A stretch of DNA of 60,811 bases from Alphaproteobacteria bacterium (lineage in GTDB: Bacteria; Pseudomonadota; Alphaproteobacteria; JABAAW01): assembly GCA_014238535.1 (NCBI GenBank), contig JABAAW010000004.1, positions 1 through 60,811 of the forward strand, read 5' to 3'. Below, piece by piece: positions 19,349 to 28,306 of this stretch (position 1 is its first letter; every line of letters starts with the position of its first letter). Under the pieces are notes generated by a model. The model ran no database searches. It saw nothing but the letters and a program-made list of their open reading frames with translations, and had not been told where the DNA came from. The position numbers were made by a program, and so were the translations under genes.

Positions 19349-19816
19349 TTAATGCTTGGCAGAAAGGCTACGACACATACTTGCTATGGAACTTCGCACT
19401 GCGGGATCGAGCATGTAGAAGTTTCGCACTAGGGAAAGGGTTTCGGGCAAAGCCATCATCGTTTTTTGCTGTTCGACTATTCGTCCGCCTATTAGCGAAG
19501 GTTTGTCTGGCTTGTCTTTTTTCCTCGGCGTTGGGATGATGCGCTTGGGTGCGCTGCCTGTTTTCACACTTCGCAATGGGTGGTAGAAATAGGTTACCGG
19601 TACATCTAGCACATAAGCTAGTGCGACTAATCGCGCGACGCTGACACGATTGACGCCAGTTTCGTATTTCTGTATTTGCTGGAACGATACCCCCAAAGCC
19701 TCAGCGAGCTCGCCTTGCGTATAGCCTTGCAACACCCTGCGCTGTCGCAAGCGCGAAGAGATATTCTGATCGATCACATCCATCGAGGGAATATTTTCTG
19801 CAACAGAGCCCTGCAT
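19349..19816 (-). CDS. XRE-family helix-turn-helix transcriptional regulator
   Basis: RLRQRRVLQGYTQGELAEALGVSFQQIQKYETGVNRVS and ETLSLVRNFY, the typical alphaproteobacterial XRE pattern. Confidence 0.92.
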   Translation of the reverse strand: MQGSVAENIPSMDVIDQNISSRLRQRRVLQGYTQGELAEALGVSFQQIQKYETGVNRVSVARLVALAYVLDVPVTYFYHPLRSVKTGSAPKRIIPTPRKKDKPDKPSLIGGRIVEQQKTMMALPETLSLVRNFYMLDPAVRSSIASMCRSLSAKH

Positions 19817-19975
19817 CGCTAAAAACCTCTTGGCACCTTACTCTGCATCCAATATACACTTATTCCAGATTAAATAAAAACAAAAACAACTTTTTTGCTG
19901 TTATTTTTTTAGAGAACTCCGAATGCGACGAAATTCTTACAAGCGAGCCCTAACAAGAAATAGTTTGTATAATCC

Positions 19976-20236
19976 CTATAGTAGCAAGTCTAGCAACGCC
20001 CCCCGCCCTGGGTATAGGTCTAGGAGTTGCTGCAATGATTTTCCTTTAACGCGTTCACGAAAAAGGTTGATGTCTTCTTGTATGCTATCTTGTATGCTAT
20101 GCTGTTCTTGGGCGATAGCGGGTCCTGCTCGATTAGCGGGGCGTCGGGCGAGTAATTCGTCTATCAGTTTATCAGCAGAAGGTGTCTCGCGTCGTGATGC
20201 GGGACGCGCTTGTAGATGAGGCGGTAATGATACCAT
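19976..20236 (-). CDS. Hypothetical 86-aa protein
   Basis: ORF fills an otherwise empty gap, same strand as the XRE gene, and carries an in-frame 12-bp duplication. No recognisable motif. Confidence 0.3.
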   Translation of the reverse strand: MVSLPPHLQARPASRRETPSADKLIDELLARRPANRAGPAIAQEQHSIQDSIQEDINLFRERVKGKSLQQLLDLYPGRGALLDLLL

Positions 20237-20403
20237 TTGTGCTAAAATACCCTGTGGCGTTTAGTTTAGTTATTATGCATTATTGTCTATTGCCTCTAAA
20301 GTAGTGTAGTGTAAAAAAGTAGTTTGTGCAACACGAGTGCGAAATGGGCTAGATAGAATGGTGGGGAGACAAGTAGCAATGTATGGATTCATGAGTATTC
20401 TTT

Positions 20404-23235
20404 ATGGCTAGAAAGGAAGATAGGAAGGAAGCTAGGAAGGAAGATAGAGTTCGCTTTACGCTAGATTCGCGCGAGGTTGAAGCTGATTCGTCGGAGACGA
20501 TTTTTGAAGTTGCACGGCGCGAGGGTATAGAAGTCCCCTACCTTTGTACGCGTGTTGAGCCTGGCTATCGCCCTGACGGCAATTGCCGTGCTTGCATGGT
20601 AGAGATAGAGGGTGAGCGAGTATTAGCGGCGTCGTGCATTCGCAAACCGCGAGATGGTATGCGAGTTACAACGGACAACGCGCGTGCGAAAGCGGCGCGT
20701 AGTATGGTGTTCGAGTTATTACTAGCTGATCAAAAAGCACCTAGTAGTTCGCCTGACCCTAACTCGCATTTTTTCGAACAAGCGCAGAAGATCGACCTAT
20801 CGAGCAGCCGCTTTGCAAGAAGAAGTCACAAGGTTCCACCTGATCGCTCGCATAGTGCGATGGCAGTAAATTTGGATGCTTGCATCCATTGCAATCTGTG
20901 CGTGCGCGCTTGTCGCGAGGTGCAGTCGAACGATGTTATCGGCATGTCTGGACGAGGAGCGCACTCGAAGATTATTTTTGACTTTGATGATGCTATGGGC
21001 TCGTCGACTTGCGTTGCGTGCGGCGAATGCGTGCAAGCCTGCCCTACAGGAGCATTGATGGAGGCGACGCAAGTTGATGAGGAGCAACAGTACCGCGGCA
21101 AGGCAGAAGCCGAGGTAGATAGCCTATGCCCCTATTGTGGCGTTGGCTGCCAGACGAAGTTTTTTGTAAAAGATGGGCGCATTCAAAAGGTTGAAGGTCG
21201 TAATGGACCGTCGAATCAAAATCGTTTGTGCGTGAAGGGCAGATTTGGCTTTGACTACACGCACCACCGCGACCGCTTGACGAAACCGCTTATCCGCAAG
21301 GATGGAGTTGGAAAGTCTTGGGATATGCAGATTGCTCCTAATGATTACTTGGATTTTTTCCGCGAAGCCTCTTGGGACGAGGCAGTTGAGCGCGCTGCGA
21401 GCGGGCTTAGCGCGATATACGCAAAGCACGGAGGTGGTGCGCTAGCTGGTTTTGGCTCGGCAAAGTGTTCTAACGAAGAGGCTTACCTATTTCAAAAACT
21501 GATACGCTGCGCCTTCCATACGAACAACGTCGATCACTGCACGAGACTATGCCACGCCTCCTCGGTTGCAGCCTTGCTCGAAGGCTTGGGTTCTGGCGGA
21601 GTTACCGCGCCGTTTATGCAAGCGCAAGAATCCGATTGCATAATCGTTATCGGAGCGCGTCCGACGGAAAACCACCCAGTCGCGGCGACCTACTTGAAGC
21701 AGGCGGCGAAGAAAGGTGCGAAGCTTATAGTTATAGACCCAAGGGGGTATAGCCTGACGCGCTATGCTTGGAAGCATATCGCCTTTACGGCAGGGCGTGA
21801 TGTAGCCCTACTTAACGCGATGATCTATACGATTATCGACGAAGACTTGGTAGATCGCCAATACATACAAGCGCATACCTCAGATTTCGCTAAGCTTGCA
21901 GAGCACATAAAAGACTTCACGCCCGATGCGATGAGTGACATTTGCGGTATCGCTGCGGAAGAGATTCGCGTTATAGCAAGAGCGTACGCGCAGGCTGAGC
22001 GAGCCATGATTTTTTGGGGAATGGGAATTTCACAACACGTACACGGCACGGATAACGCGCGTTGCCTGATAGCGCTTGCGGCGATAACGGGACAAATAGG
22101 AAGAAGAGGAACAGGTTTGCACCCGCTTAGAGGGCAGAATAATGTGCAAGGAGCGTCAGATGCAGGCTTGATACCGATGGTATACCCCGACTACCGCTCG
22201 GTCGAAGACGATAAGGTGCGCGAGTGGTATGAAAAATTTTGGAAGACAAAGCTTGACGCTAAGAATGGGCTAACGGTTGTTGAGATAATCAACGCTGCGC
22301 ACAAGGGCGATATCAAGGGCATGTATATAATGGGAGAGAATCCAGCGATGTCTGATCCCGATACACGGCACGCTCGCGCTGCCTTGGCTAACCTCGAGCA
22401 CCTGGTGGTGCAAGAGATATTTTTGACGGAGACGGCTGTTTTTGCGGATGTTATTTTTCCAGCTAGCACCTTTGTAGAGAAAGAAGGAACATTCACGAAC
22501 ACGAATCGACAAGTTCAGTTGGCGAAACGCGTACTCACGCCTCCGTTGGAAGCACGCGAAGATTGGCTTATCATCCAAGACCTTGCGCAACGGCTTGGCT
22601 GTGAATGGTCTTATGCCTCTGTTAGCGAAATATACGAAGAGATGCGAGAGACTATGCCATCGATCAAGGGCATCACTTGGAGCCGCCTGCAACGCGAGGG
22701 CTCTGTCGTCTATCCTTGCGCGAGCGAAGATGAAGAAGGCCAGGAAACGCTATTCGGCGATGGCTTTCCGACTGCGAGCGGTCGCTTACGATTGGTGCCG
22801 AGTGACCTTGTTGCGCCTGCGGAGCTGCCTGATAGTAACTACCCCTACATCTTGACGACGGGACGGTTGCTAGAGCATTGGCACACTGGAGCGATGACGA
22901 GAAGGTCGGAAGTGCTAGATTCGATTGAACCTGAGGCGAGTGTGCATATTCACCCGCGCGAAGCATCGCAAAAGAATCTAACGGGAGGGCAGTTTATACG
23001 CATCGAGACGAGACGAGGAAGCATCAAGGCGAAGTTGCGACTAGATCGAGATGTGGCGGAGGGTATGCTTTTCATCCCATTTTGCTTTGCGGAAGCGCCG
23101 GCGAATTTTCTTACGAACCCTCAACTTGATCCTATTGGGAAGATACCTGAGTTTAAGTTCTGCGCGGCGAAAATCATGGCGGTAATCGAAGAGGGAGACA
23201 AGGCAAAAGTTAAAGATTCGGTCGCTGCCGAGTAG
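20404..23235 (+). CDS. fdhA: Formate dehydrogenase alpha subunit (Mo/W-bisPGD, Cys type, N-terminal [2Fe-2S] and [4Fe-4S] domains)
   Basis: GNCRACMVE, CIHCNLCVRAC, CVACGECVQACP, CPYCGVGC...C, NVDHCTRLCHASS (Cys ligand, no Sec), LRGQNNVQG, GRLLEHWHTG.MTRR, PEFKFCA. Confidence 0.92.
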   Translation: MARKEDRKEARKEDRVRFTLDSREVEADSSETIFEVARREGIEVPYLCTRVEPGYRPDGNCRACMVEIEGERVLAASCIRKPRDGMRVTTDNARAKAARSMVFELLLADQKAPSSSPDPNSHFFEQAQKIDLSSSRFARRSHKVPPDRSHSAMAVNLDACIHCNLCVRACREVQSNDVIGMSGRGAHSKIIFDFDDAMGSSTCVACGECVQACPTGALMEATQVDEEQQYRGKAEAEVDSLCPYCGVGCQTKFFVKDGRIQKVEGRNGPSNQNRLCVKGRFGFDYTHHRDRLTKPLIRKDGVGKSWDMQIAPNDYLDFFREASWDEAVERAASGLSAIYAKHGGGALAGFGSAKCSNEEAYLFQKLIRCAFHTNNVDHCTRLCHASSVAALLEGLGSGGVTAPFMQAQESDCIIVIGARPTENHPVAATYLKQAAKKGAKLIVIDPRGYSLTRYAWKHIAFTAGRDVALLNAMIYTIIDEDLVDRQYIQAHTSDFAKLAEHIKDFTPDAMSDICGIAAEEIRVIARAYAQAERAMIFWGMGISQHVHGTDNARCLIALAAITGQIGRRGTGLHPLRGQNNVQGASDAGLIPMVYPDYRSVEDDKVREWYEKFWKTKLDAKNGLTVVEIINAAHKGDIKGMYIMGENPAMSDPDTRHARAALANLEHLVVQEIFLTETAVFADVIFPASTFVEKEGTFTNTNRQVQLAKRVLTPPLEAREDWLIIQDLAQRLGCEWSYASVSEIYEEMRETMPSIKGITWSRLQREGSVVYPCASEDEEGQETLFGDGFPTASGRLRLVPSDLVAPAELPDSNYPYILTTGRLLEHWHTGAMTRRSEVLDSIEPEASVHIHPREASQKNLTGGQFIRIETRRGSIKAKLRLDRDVAEGMLFIPFCFAEAPANFLTNPQLDPIGKIPEFKFCAAKIMAVIEEGDKAKVKDSVAAE
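20407..20448. repeat. In-frame 12-bp tandem repeat (ARKE/DRKE x3.5) at the FDH N-terminus
   Basis: Read directly. Confidence 0.8.
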
Positions 23236-23284
23236 AAATCTGCCTTCTAGCAATACTGCTACAGCTACCTATAGAGAGCGAGCA

Positions 23285-25279
23285 TTGGCGCGCGGGATCG
23301 CGAGCGCGCCTGCAAACCCATACAACGAAGGCATGTGGCAAAGATGGTTTGCCGAAGAAGGGTATAGCAAAGATGAAGCGCGGCGCATTTTTTCAGACAG
23401 CGTTGAACGAGTTCGCCAAGAAATTTCGGCACGAGCTTTTAGCGTAGCAAGACGATCTGAGTTGCTCGCTAAGCTTAGAGCGAAGATAGGTTCTGGTTTA
23501 GAAGGCTTGCTTATGCTACGAGGCGACCGCTATGGTGATGAGTCTCTATCGCAAGACGCTGAACATTTTCGCTTTTTCACTGGTTTTTCTGGTTCTTACG
23601 GCTGGGCGATTTTTGACTTTCGGGCGAAGAAGAAATCGTTACTTGCGACTGATCCACGCTACCGCTTGCAGATAGGCGTCGAATGCGACAGCGATCTATT
23701 CGAGTTTAGCGATTCTCGACAGACGGAGATAGCGGACAGGCTTGCTAGCATGTTTTCTGCTGGCAGTCGTATCGGCTATGACCCTTGGCAGTTTTCGCAA
23801 GGCTTGCTGGAGGGGGTACGAGCACGACTGCGCGAGTTAGCCCCGATGATTAGACTAGTTTCTATCGATGCGGATAAAATATCGTCTTTATGGCACGCGC
23901 GCCCGCCTGCTCCATTAAGCCTTTTATCCTTGCGTCGAGCTAGCGAGACTGGCGAGGAGGCGTTTGTGCGCTTGCGGCGTATGCAAGAGCAGATGCAAAC
24001 CAGCGCGGATAGTAATGTGGAATCCTTGCTACTAACGAATAGCGATGCTTGCGCTTGGGGCTTATCGCTACGCGCGAGCGATGTTCCGTATGTGCCTATC
24101 GCGTTAGGTTATGGGCTATTGACTTTTGCGCGTGATAGCAAAGATAAGACCCGAGCGTGCTTTTTCACGCGCCCTCGTCCTACTCTTCGGGGCGAGGATT
24201 TGTCGCATTGTGAGATTTGCACGATGGGCTCGCTAGGTGTTGAGTTAGATATGCTTGCGCGAGCGAAGCGAGTCCTCGTCCTCGACAAGAGCAAAACGCC
24301 TAGCGCGTTAGTGCGCGCTTGCCGCAGCAGGTCGTTGCCTTTGCGTTTTGCGGAAGAACCTAGCGCGGCATTGCGCCTCTGTAAGACTACGCGCGAGCGT
24401 GTTAATTTTCGCAAGGCGCATTTATTGGATGGAATTGCGCTCGTGCGTTTTTTTTCTTGGCTTGATCGAATAGGCAAAAGTAATGAGCGCGTTGATGAAG
24501 CGGAGGCGGCGAGCAAGTTATATGACTTCCGCCTGCGTAGTGGTAAATTATTGGACGAGAGTTTCAAGGCTATTTCGGCGAGCGGAGCGAACGGTGCGCA
24601 AATTCACTACCCGACACCTAGCGCAGGCTCGAGTTTGCTACGACGAGACAAACCTTACTTGATAGATTCGGGAGGTCAATATGCGTTTGGTACGACGGAC
24701 ATCACGCGCACTTTAGTTTTTGGTGGTGGTGCGGGAGAGGTTGCGTTTCGCGAAGCCTACACTGCTGTATTACGAGGTCACATTGCGCTTGCGACGGCGG
24801 TATTCCCGGAGGGCACTTATGCGCATTCGCTCGATGCCTTTGCGCGCCGCGCCCTTTGGCAACGAGGGTTAGACTACCCGCATGCTAGTGGTCATGGGGT
24901 TGGCTTTTGCTTGAGCGTGCATGAGGGGAAGGTACGTTTTGCGCAAAGTGGCAGTGGCGAACGGCTACGATTAGGGATGATTCTATCGAATGAGCCTGGC
25001 TATTATAGCCCGCGGAATTTCGGCATACGCATCGAGAATTTAATGGAGGTTGTGTATGCGGGCGGAATGAATTCGGAAAAGAAGCGCAATTTATGCTTTC
25101 GGACTCTCTCCCTTGCGCCGATTTCCCTTACGCCGATAATTATTGAGCGACTAGAGACTTGGGAACGGCGATGGCTAGATGCGTATCACCAACGCTTACG
25201 CGAGACGATAGCACCGCACCTAGAAGATTCGCACGAACGAGCATTCCTCGAGCATGCGACAAAGGCGCTCGTTTCGTAG
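23285..25279 (+). CDS. Aminopeptidase P family (Xaa-Pro aminopeptidase); true start may be downstream
   Basis: FTGFSGSYG, TDPRY, LIDSGGQY..GTTDITRT, GHGVG..LSVHEG, SNEPGYY, IRIEN. Confidence 0.9.
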   Translation: MARGIASAPANPYNEGMWQRWFAEEGYSKDEARRIFSDSVERVRQEISARAFSVARRSELLAKLRAKIGSGLEGLLMLRGDRYGDESLSQDAEHFRFFTGFSGSYGWAIFDFRAKKKSLLATDPRYRLQIGVECDSDLFEFSDSRQTEIADRLASMFSAGSRIGYDPWQFSQGLLEGVRARLRELAPMIRLVSIDADKISSLWHARPPAPLSLLSLRRASETGEEAFVRLRRMQEQMQTSADSNVESLLLTNSDACAWGLSLRASDVPYVPIALGYGLLTFARDSKDKTRACFFTRPRPTLRGEDLSHCEICTMGSLGVELDMLARAKRVLVLDKSKTPSALVRACRSRSLPLRFAEEPSAALRLCKTTRERVNFRKAHLLDGIALVRFFSWLDRIGKSNERVDEAEAASKLYDFRLRSGKLLDESFKAISASGANGAQIHYPTPSAGSSLLRRDKPYLIDSGGQYAFGTTDITRTLVFGGGAGEVAFREAYTAVLRGHIALATAVFPEGTYAHSLDAFARRALWQRGLDYPHASGHGVGFCLSVHEGKVRFAQSGSGERLRLGMILSNEPGYYSPRNFGIRIENLMEVVYAGGMNSEKKRNLCFRTLSLAPISLTPIIIERLETWERRWLDAYHQRLRETIAPHLEDSHERAFLEHATKALVS

Positions 25280-25397
25280 TGCATTATCGATATATATATG
25301 GCTTCGGTGCCTATAGCTTGAGACTATCTTTGACGCTACTTTCGAGACTATCGCGTGCATCATCCCGAGTGGTTACTTGGTGGTTACTATGCGACTA

Positions 25398-25423
25398 CGC
25401 CGAGAGTTTTCGCCGAGAGTTTT
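25398..25423. repeat. Exact 13-bp tandem duplication (cgccgagagtttt x2), intergenic
   Basis: Read directly. Confidence 0.85.
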
Positions 25424-25425
25424 AT

Positions 25426-25689
25426 TTATAAATCTCGCTTTTTGTTATAAATCGCATCGAATTCTTCGTCGCTTTTGCGGGAGCAAATTATTATTTCGAT
25501 CAATGCAGCAATAAAAGTTATCTGTGTCCAGCAGAGCAGAGTGTATATCACGGCGAGCCAGACTGGTCCAACATAGTACCTATGCGCGCCTATCCATCCG
25601 AAAGTAGCTGCATAGAGCAGGAAGAATGCGCGTTTTTTCTTCCCTGAAGTAGCTGCATGGAGCAGGAAGAATACGATTTTTTTCTTCAT
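25426..25689 (-). CDS. TM2/NINE-domain small membrane protein (paralog 1)
   Basis: FGWIGAHRYYVG motif, two TM segments, AGGAGG SD. Confidence 0.8.
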   Translation of the reverse strand: MKKKIVFFLLHAATSGKKKRAFFLLYAATFGWIGAHRYYVGPVWLAVIYTLLCWTQITFIAALIEIIICSRKSDEEFDAIYNKKRDL

Positions 25690-25774
25690 TTATCCAACCT
25701 CCTATTTTTGCTTTTACTTTTGGTTTTACGACTTACGCCGATTATACCGAGCCAACGGTGATTTTAGATTTTAC

Positions 25775-26062
25775 TTAGCTGTTGTATTTTGCGTTGAACT
25801 TCTCTTCGCCCGCTATGGAATAGAAGATTATTTCGATATATGCGATTACGCCAGGGATGAAAACAGGGATAATCCAAGAGGCATCGAATGACTCTTTTAG
25901 CCACGAAACAGTCTGCGAGTAATAGATAATGAGACCTAGCGAAATTAGAAGCAAAGCTGGGTATAGCAATGCTAGGCGATGCTGCCCCAAATAGTGCCGA
26001 TGCCCTCCCACGAAGCCAAGTGCTTGGGCATATATCAGAAAAATGATCCGTTTTTTTTTCAT
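25775..26062 (-). CDS. TM2/NINE-domain small membrane protein (paralog 2); ATG at 26062 preferred over the TTG at 26077
   Basis: LGFVGGHRHYLG motif; GGAGG SD 7 nt before the ATG at 26062; MKKKR start like its neighbours. Confidence 0.75.
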   Translation of the reverse strand: MKKKRIIFLIYAQALGFVGGHRHYLGQHRLALLYPALLLISLGLIIYYSQTVSWLKESFDASWIIPVFIPGVIAYIEIIFYSIAGEEKFNAKYNS

Positions 26063-26116
26063 CGAATAGACCTCCAACGGTATTTAGAATAGCAGTTTAG
26101 CCGCATACATTTTCGC

Positions 26117-26338
26117 TTAGCCTATTTTTTCTGCCTTATTGTACATCGCATCGAATTTTTTATCGTTAATTTGCGAATATACGATGAACTCTATGAGAGC
26201 TACGAGCAAAGGTATACCAGTCCAGAAAAACAAAGAATAGAAGACAGCGCAGGCTGTTTGCCCCAAATAGTATCGGTGCGCGCCCATCCATCCGAATACG
26301 ATAGAGTAGAACATAAAGAGTATGCGTTGTTTTTTCAT
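26117..26338 (-). CDS. TM2/NINE-domain small membrane protein (paralog 3)
   Basis: FGWMGAHRYYLG...YSLFFWTGIP..VALIEFI; AGGAG SD. Confidence 0.85.
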   Translation of the reverse strand: MKKQRILFMFYSIVFGWMGAHRYYLGQTACAVFYSLFFWTGIPLLVALIEFIVYSQINDKKFDAMYNKAEKIG

Positions 26339-26439
26339 TTAACCAAACTCCTATCGTTGATATGAAGGTAGTAACATCGGGCTAGTATAGCAAGCGCGGT
26401 TATTTATGGGCAGTGAATTTTAACATTTTAGCGCTCTGA

Positions 26440-27372
26440 CTATTTTTCTTCTTCTGCTGCTATTTCTTGCGCCATATTTTGCGCGCGCTGATATGCGAGT
26501 TGTGCGGTAATTTGCATTAATGGCACGAGTCCTGTTTTTTTGTCGTTTAGGATGCTTAAACCTGCTTCGGTTGTCCCGCCTGGCAGGGCGATGCTAGCGA
26601 CGAGTTCTTGTGGCGAGATATTTTTCTCGGTATGCTGTTTTTCAGCGAATAGCCCGACTCCCTTTAGAGTTTGAAATGCGAGCAACCGCGCTTGGTCTGG
26701 CTTGTAACCGAGTTCGCAAGCGGCGGTCTCGAAGGCGTGTATCATCTGGAACAGGTAGCCGGGCGCGCTACCCCAAAGCCCAGTGCCTTTGTCTAACAAT
26801 TCATCGGAACAGAAGACGCTGCGCCCCATGGGAGCGAAAAGAGCGCGCACATAAGAGGACTCTTGTTCGCGCTTGCTGTCGCTTGCGATCAGGATGATAC
26901 CTTCGCCGATAGCGACGGGTATGCTTGGCATCACGCGAAATAGGGGTGTGGATAGGTTTTTGTTTGCCTTTAGCGCGTAGCGCATGCGTGTCAGGGGCAA
27001 GCCAGCGGCGAGCGAGATGACGCTTGCACTCGGTGCGAGAAGGTGTCGAGCATCGTTGAGTGTCGGTAGCACCTGTTTAGGACGCACGGCGAGCAGCAAG
27101 GCGTCGGGGGCTGGTAATTTTTGTTGAGAGAGCTCGTCGGCAAATTTTTGCAAGCTCGCGTATGCTTGAAAGCGAGGTGGCGATAGAGCCTTTGAGCCGA
27201 TATCGGCATTAGGTGAGCGATCGATGACGCTAAAAAAATTCGGTAGATTACGGCTGTATTCTTTTTCGTTTATGCAAGCGTCGCCCCAGCGCGTAAGCAA
27301 AGCGCCACCCATGTGCCCGCAACCGATGACTAATACATGAGTGTATTTTTCTGCTGTTATTTTTTGCGAAAT
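26440..27372 (-). CDS. proC: Pyrroline-5-carboxylate reductase; frame extends upstream of the called ATG (27312), start uncertain
   Basis: VLVIGCGHMG Rossmann motif lies just upstream of and including the called Met; LAVRP, SLAAG, RVMPSIP, GSAPGY, PGGTTEAGL. Confidence 0.9.
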   Translation of the reverse strand: MSQKITAEKYTHVLVIGCGHMGGALLTRWGDACINEKEYSRNLPNFFSVIDRSPNADIGSKALSPPRFQAYASLQKFADELSQQKLPAPDALLLAVRPKQVLPTLNDARHLLAPSASVISLAAGLPLTRMRYALKANKNLSTPLFRVMPSIPVAIGEGIILIASDSKREQESSYVRALFAPMGRSVFCSDELLDKGTGLWGSAPGYLFQMIHAFETAACELGYKPDQARLLAFQTLKGVGLFAEKQHTEKNISPQELVASIALPGGTTEAGLSILNDKKTGLVPLMQITAQLAYQRAQNMAQEIAAEEEK

Positions 27373-27420
27373 TTCACCACCTAGTTATGCCTTACGAAAG
27401 AGGCATTTTAAACACAGCCT

Positions 27421-28068
27421 TTAAGCACATCCTTGCGTTTCTTGCAATGCTAGTTGCAACTCGTCGTTTGATGGTTTTTCTTCTGCCAAAGCGTATACGA
27501 GTGCGGGATAGTAGCGCTCGCACAAGCCCAATATGTATTCTAGTAAGTGCGCCATGCGCGAGCAAAACAATGCGTCTTGCTCGTGTTGTCCTTTATATTC
27601 TCCCTTTGCGTCAAGATTGTTAGCGGAGTTATTTATCACGCTATAGTTGAGCATAAACAACGGCACGCCGTATCGAAATTGCAGTTCTGCTGATTGCGTT
27701 AAGAATTCGAAATGCCCGAACCACAATTCGCGATTTACACTTTCTACGAGTTTTTGCGCATGCTTGCGCTGCGCGAGCGGGATCTTTAGGCAAGGAGCGC
27801 AAGCTATAGCCAAGACTTGCGCGTCTCGCTGCCACTCGAACTCGAGTCGGTATTCGGTCCAGCTAGCACTTGTGATAGCACTAAAAGAGTCGGCGTGCGG
27901 ACGAGAGAACTCCCAGCTATTTTCTATAAACATTCGCTCGAGAAAGTCCAAAGGATGTGTATTGCCTTTTTCTTCCGAGAGCATGAAGTCTCGCAATCTT
28001 TCGCTACCGCGGTGTTTTTCTTTCATGCTACTTACGCGTTTGCTTGCGCCTCTTGACCTTGACTGCAC
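27421..28068 (-). CDS. YbjN-domain protein
   Basis: HPLDFLE......WEF.R, W..Y.L.F.W, VN.ELW.GHFE, YRY-like FRYG; usual neighbour of proC in alphaproteobacteria. Confidence 0.75.
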   Translation of the reverse strand: MQSRSRGASKRVSSMKEKHRGSERLRDFMLSEEKGNTHPLDFLERMFIENSWEFSRPHADSFSAITSASWTEYRLEFEWQRDAQVLAIACAPCLKIPLAQRKHAQKLVESVNRELWFGHFEFLTQSAELQFRYGVPLFMLNYSVINNSANNLDAKGEYKGQHEQDALFCSRMAHLLEYILGLCERYYPALVYALAEEKPSNDELQLALQETQGCA

Positions 28069-28306
28069 TTTTTCCGCAATGGTTATCTCAGTGCTTATTG
28101 GAATACAGACTACCTGCTTTCGAGCAATAAAGCAGGGCGAGGCAAGGAAACACCTCTTATATTAGGTAATTATCCACTTATTTTTATAACATGGCGAGTT
28201 AAGCGGCAGAATTAGTGCTACATACCGCCTATAGCAAGAGCGATGGCTTTGCCTTTTCTTACTAAATAGGTTATTTTTCTCTCTCTTGTGCGTTCACTCA
28301 AGCTGA

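Noticed and set aside
20404-23235. Selenocysteine in formate dehydrogenase
   Set aside because: The metal-ligand codon is TGC (Cys) and the ORF has no in-frame TGA.
25280-26440. Prophage or mobile element carrying the TM2 genes
   Set aside because: No integrase, transposase, tRNA target, terminal repeats or target-site duplication visible.
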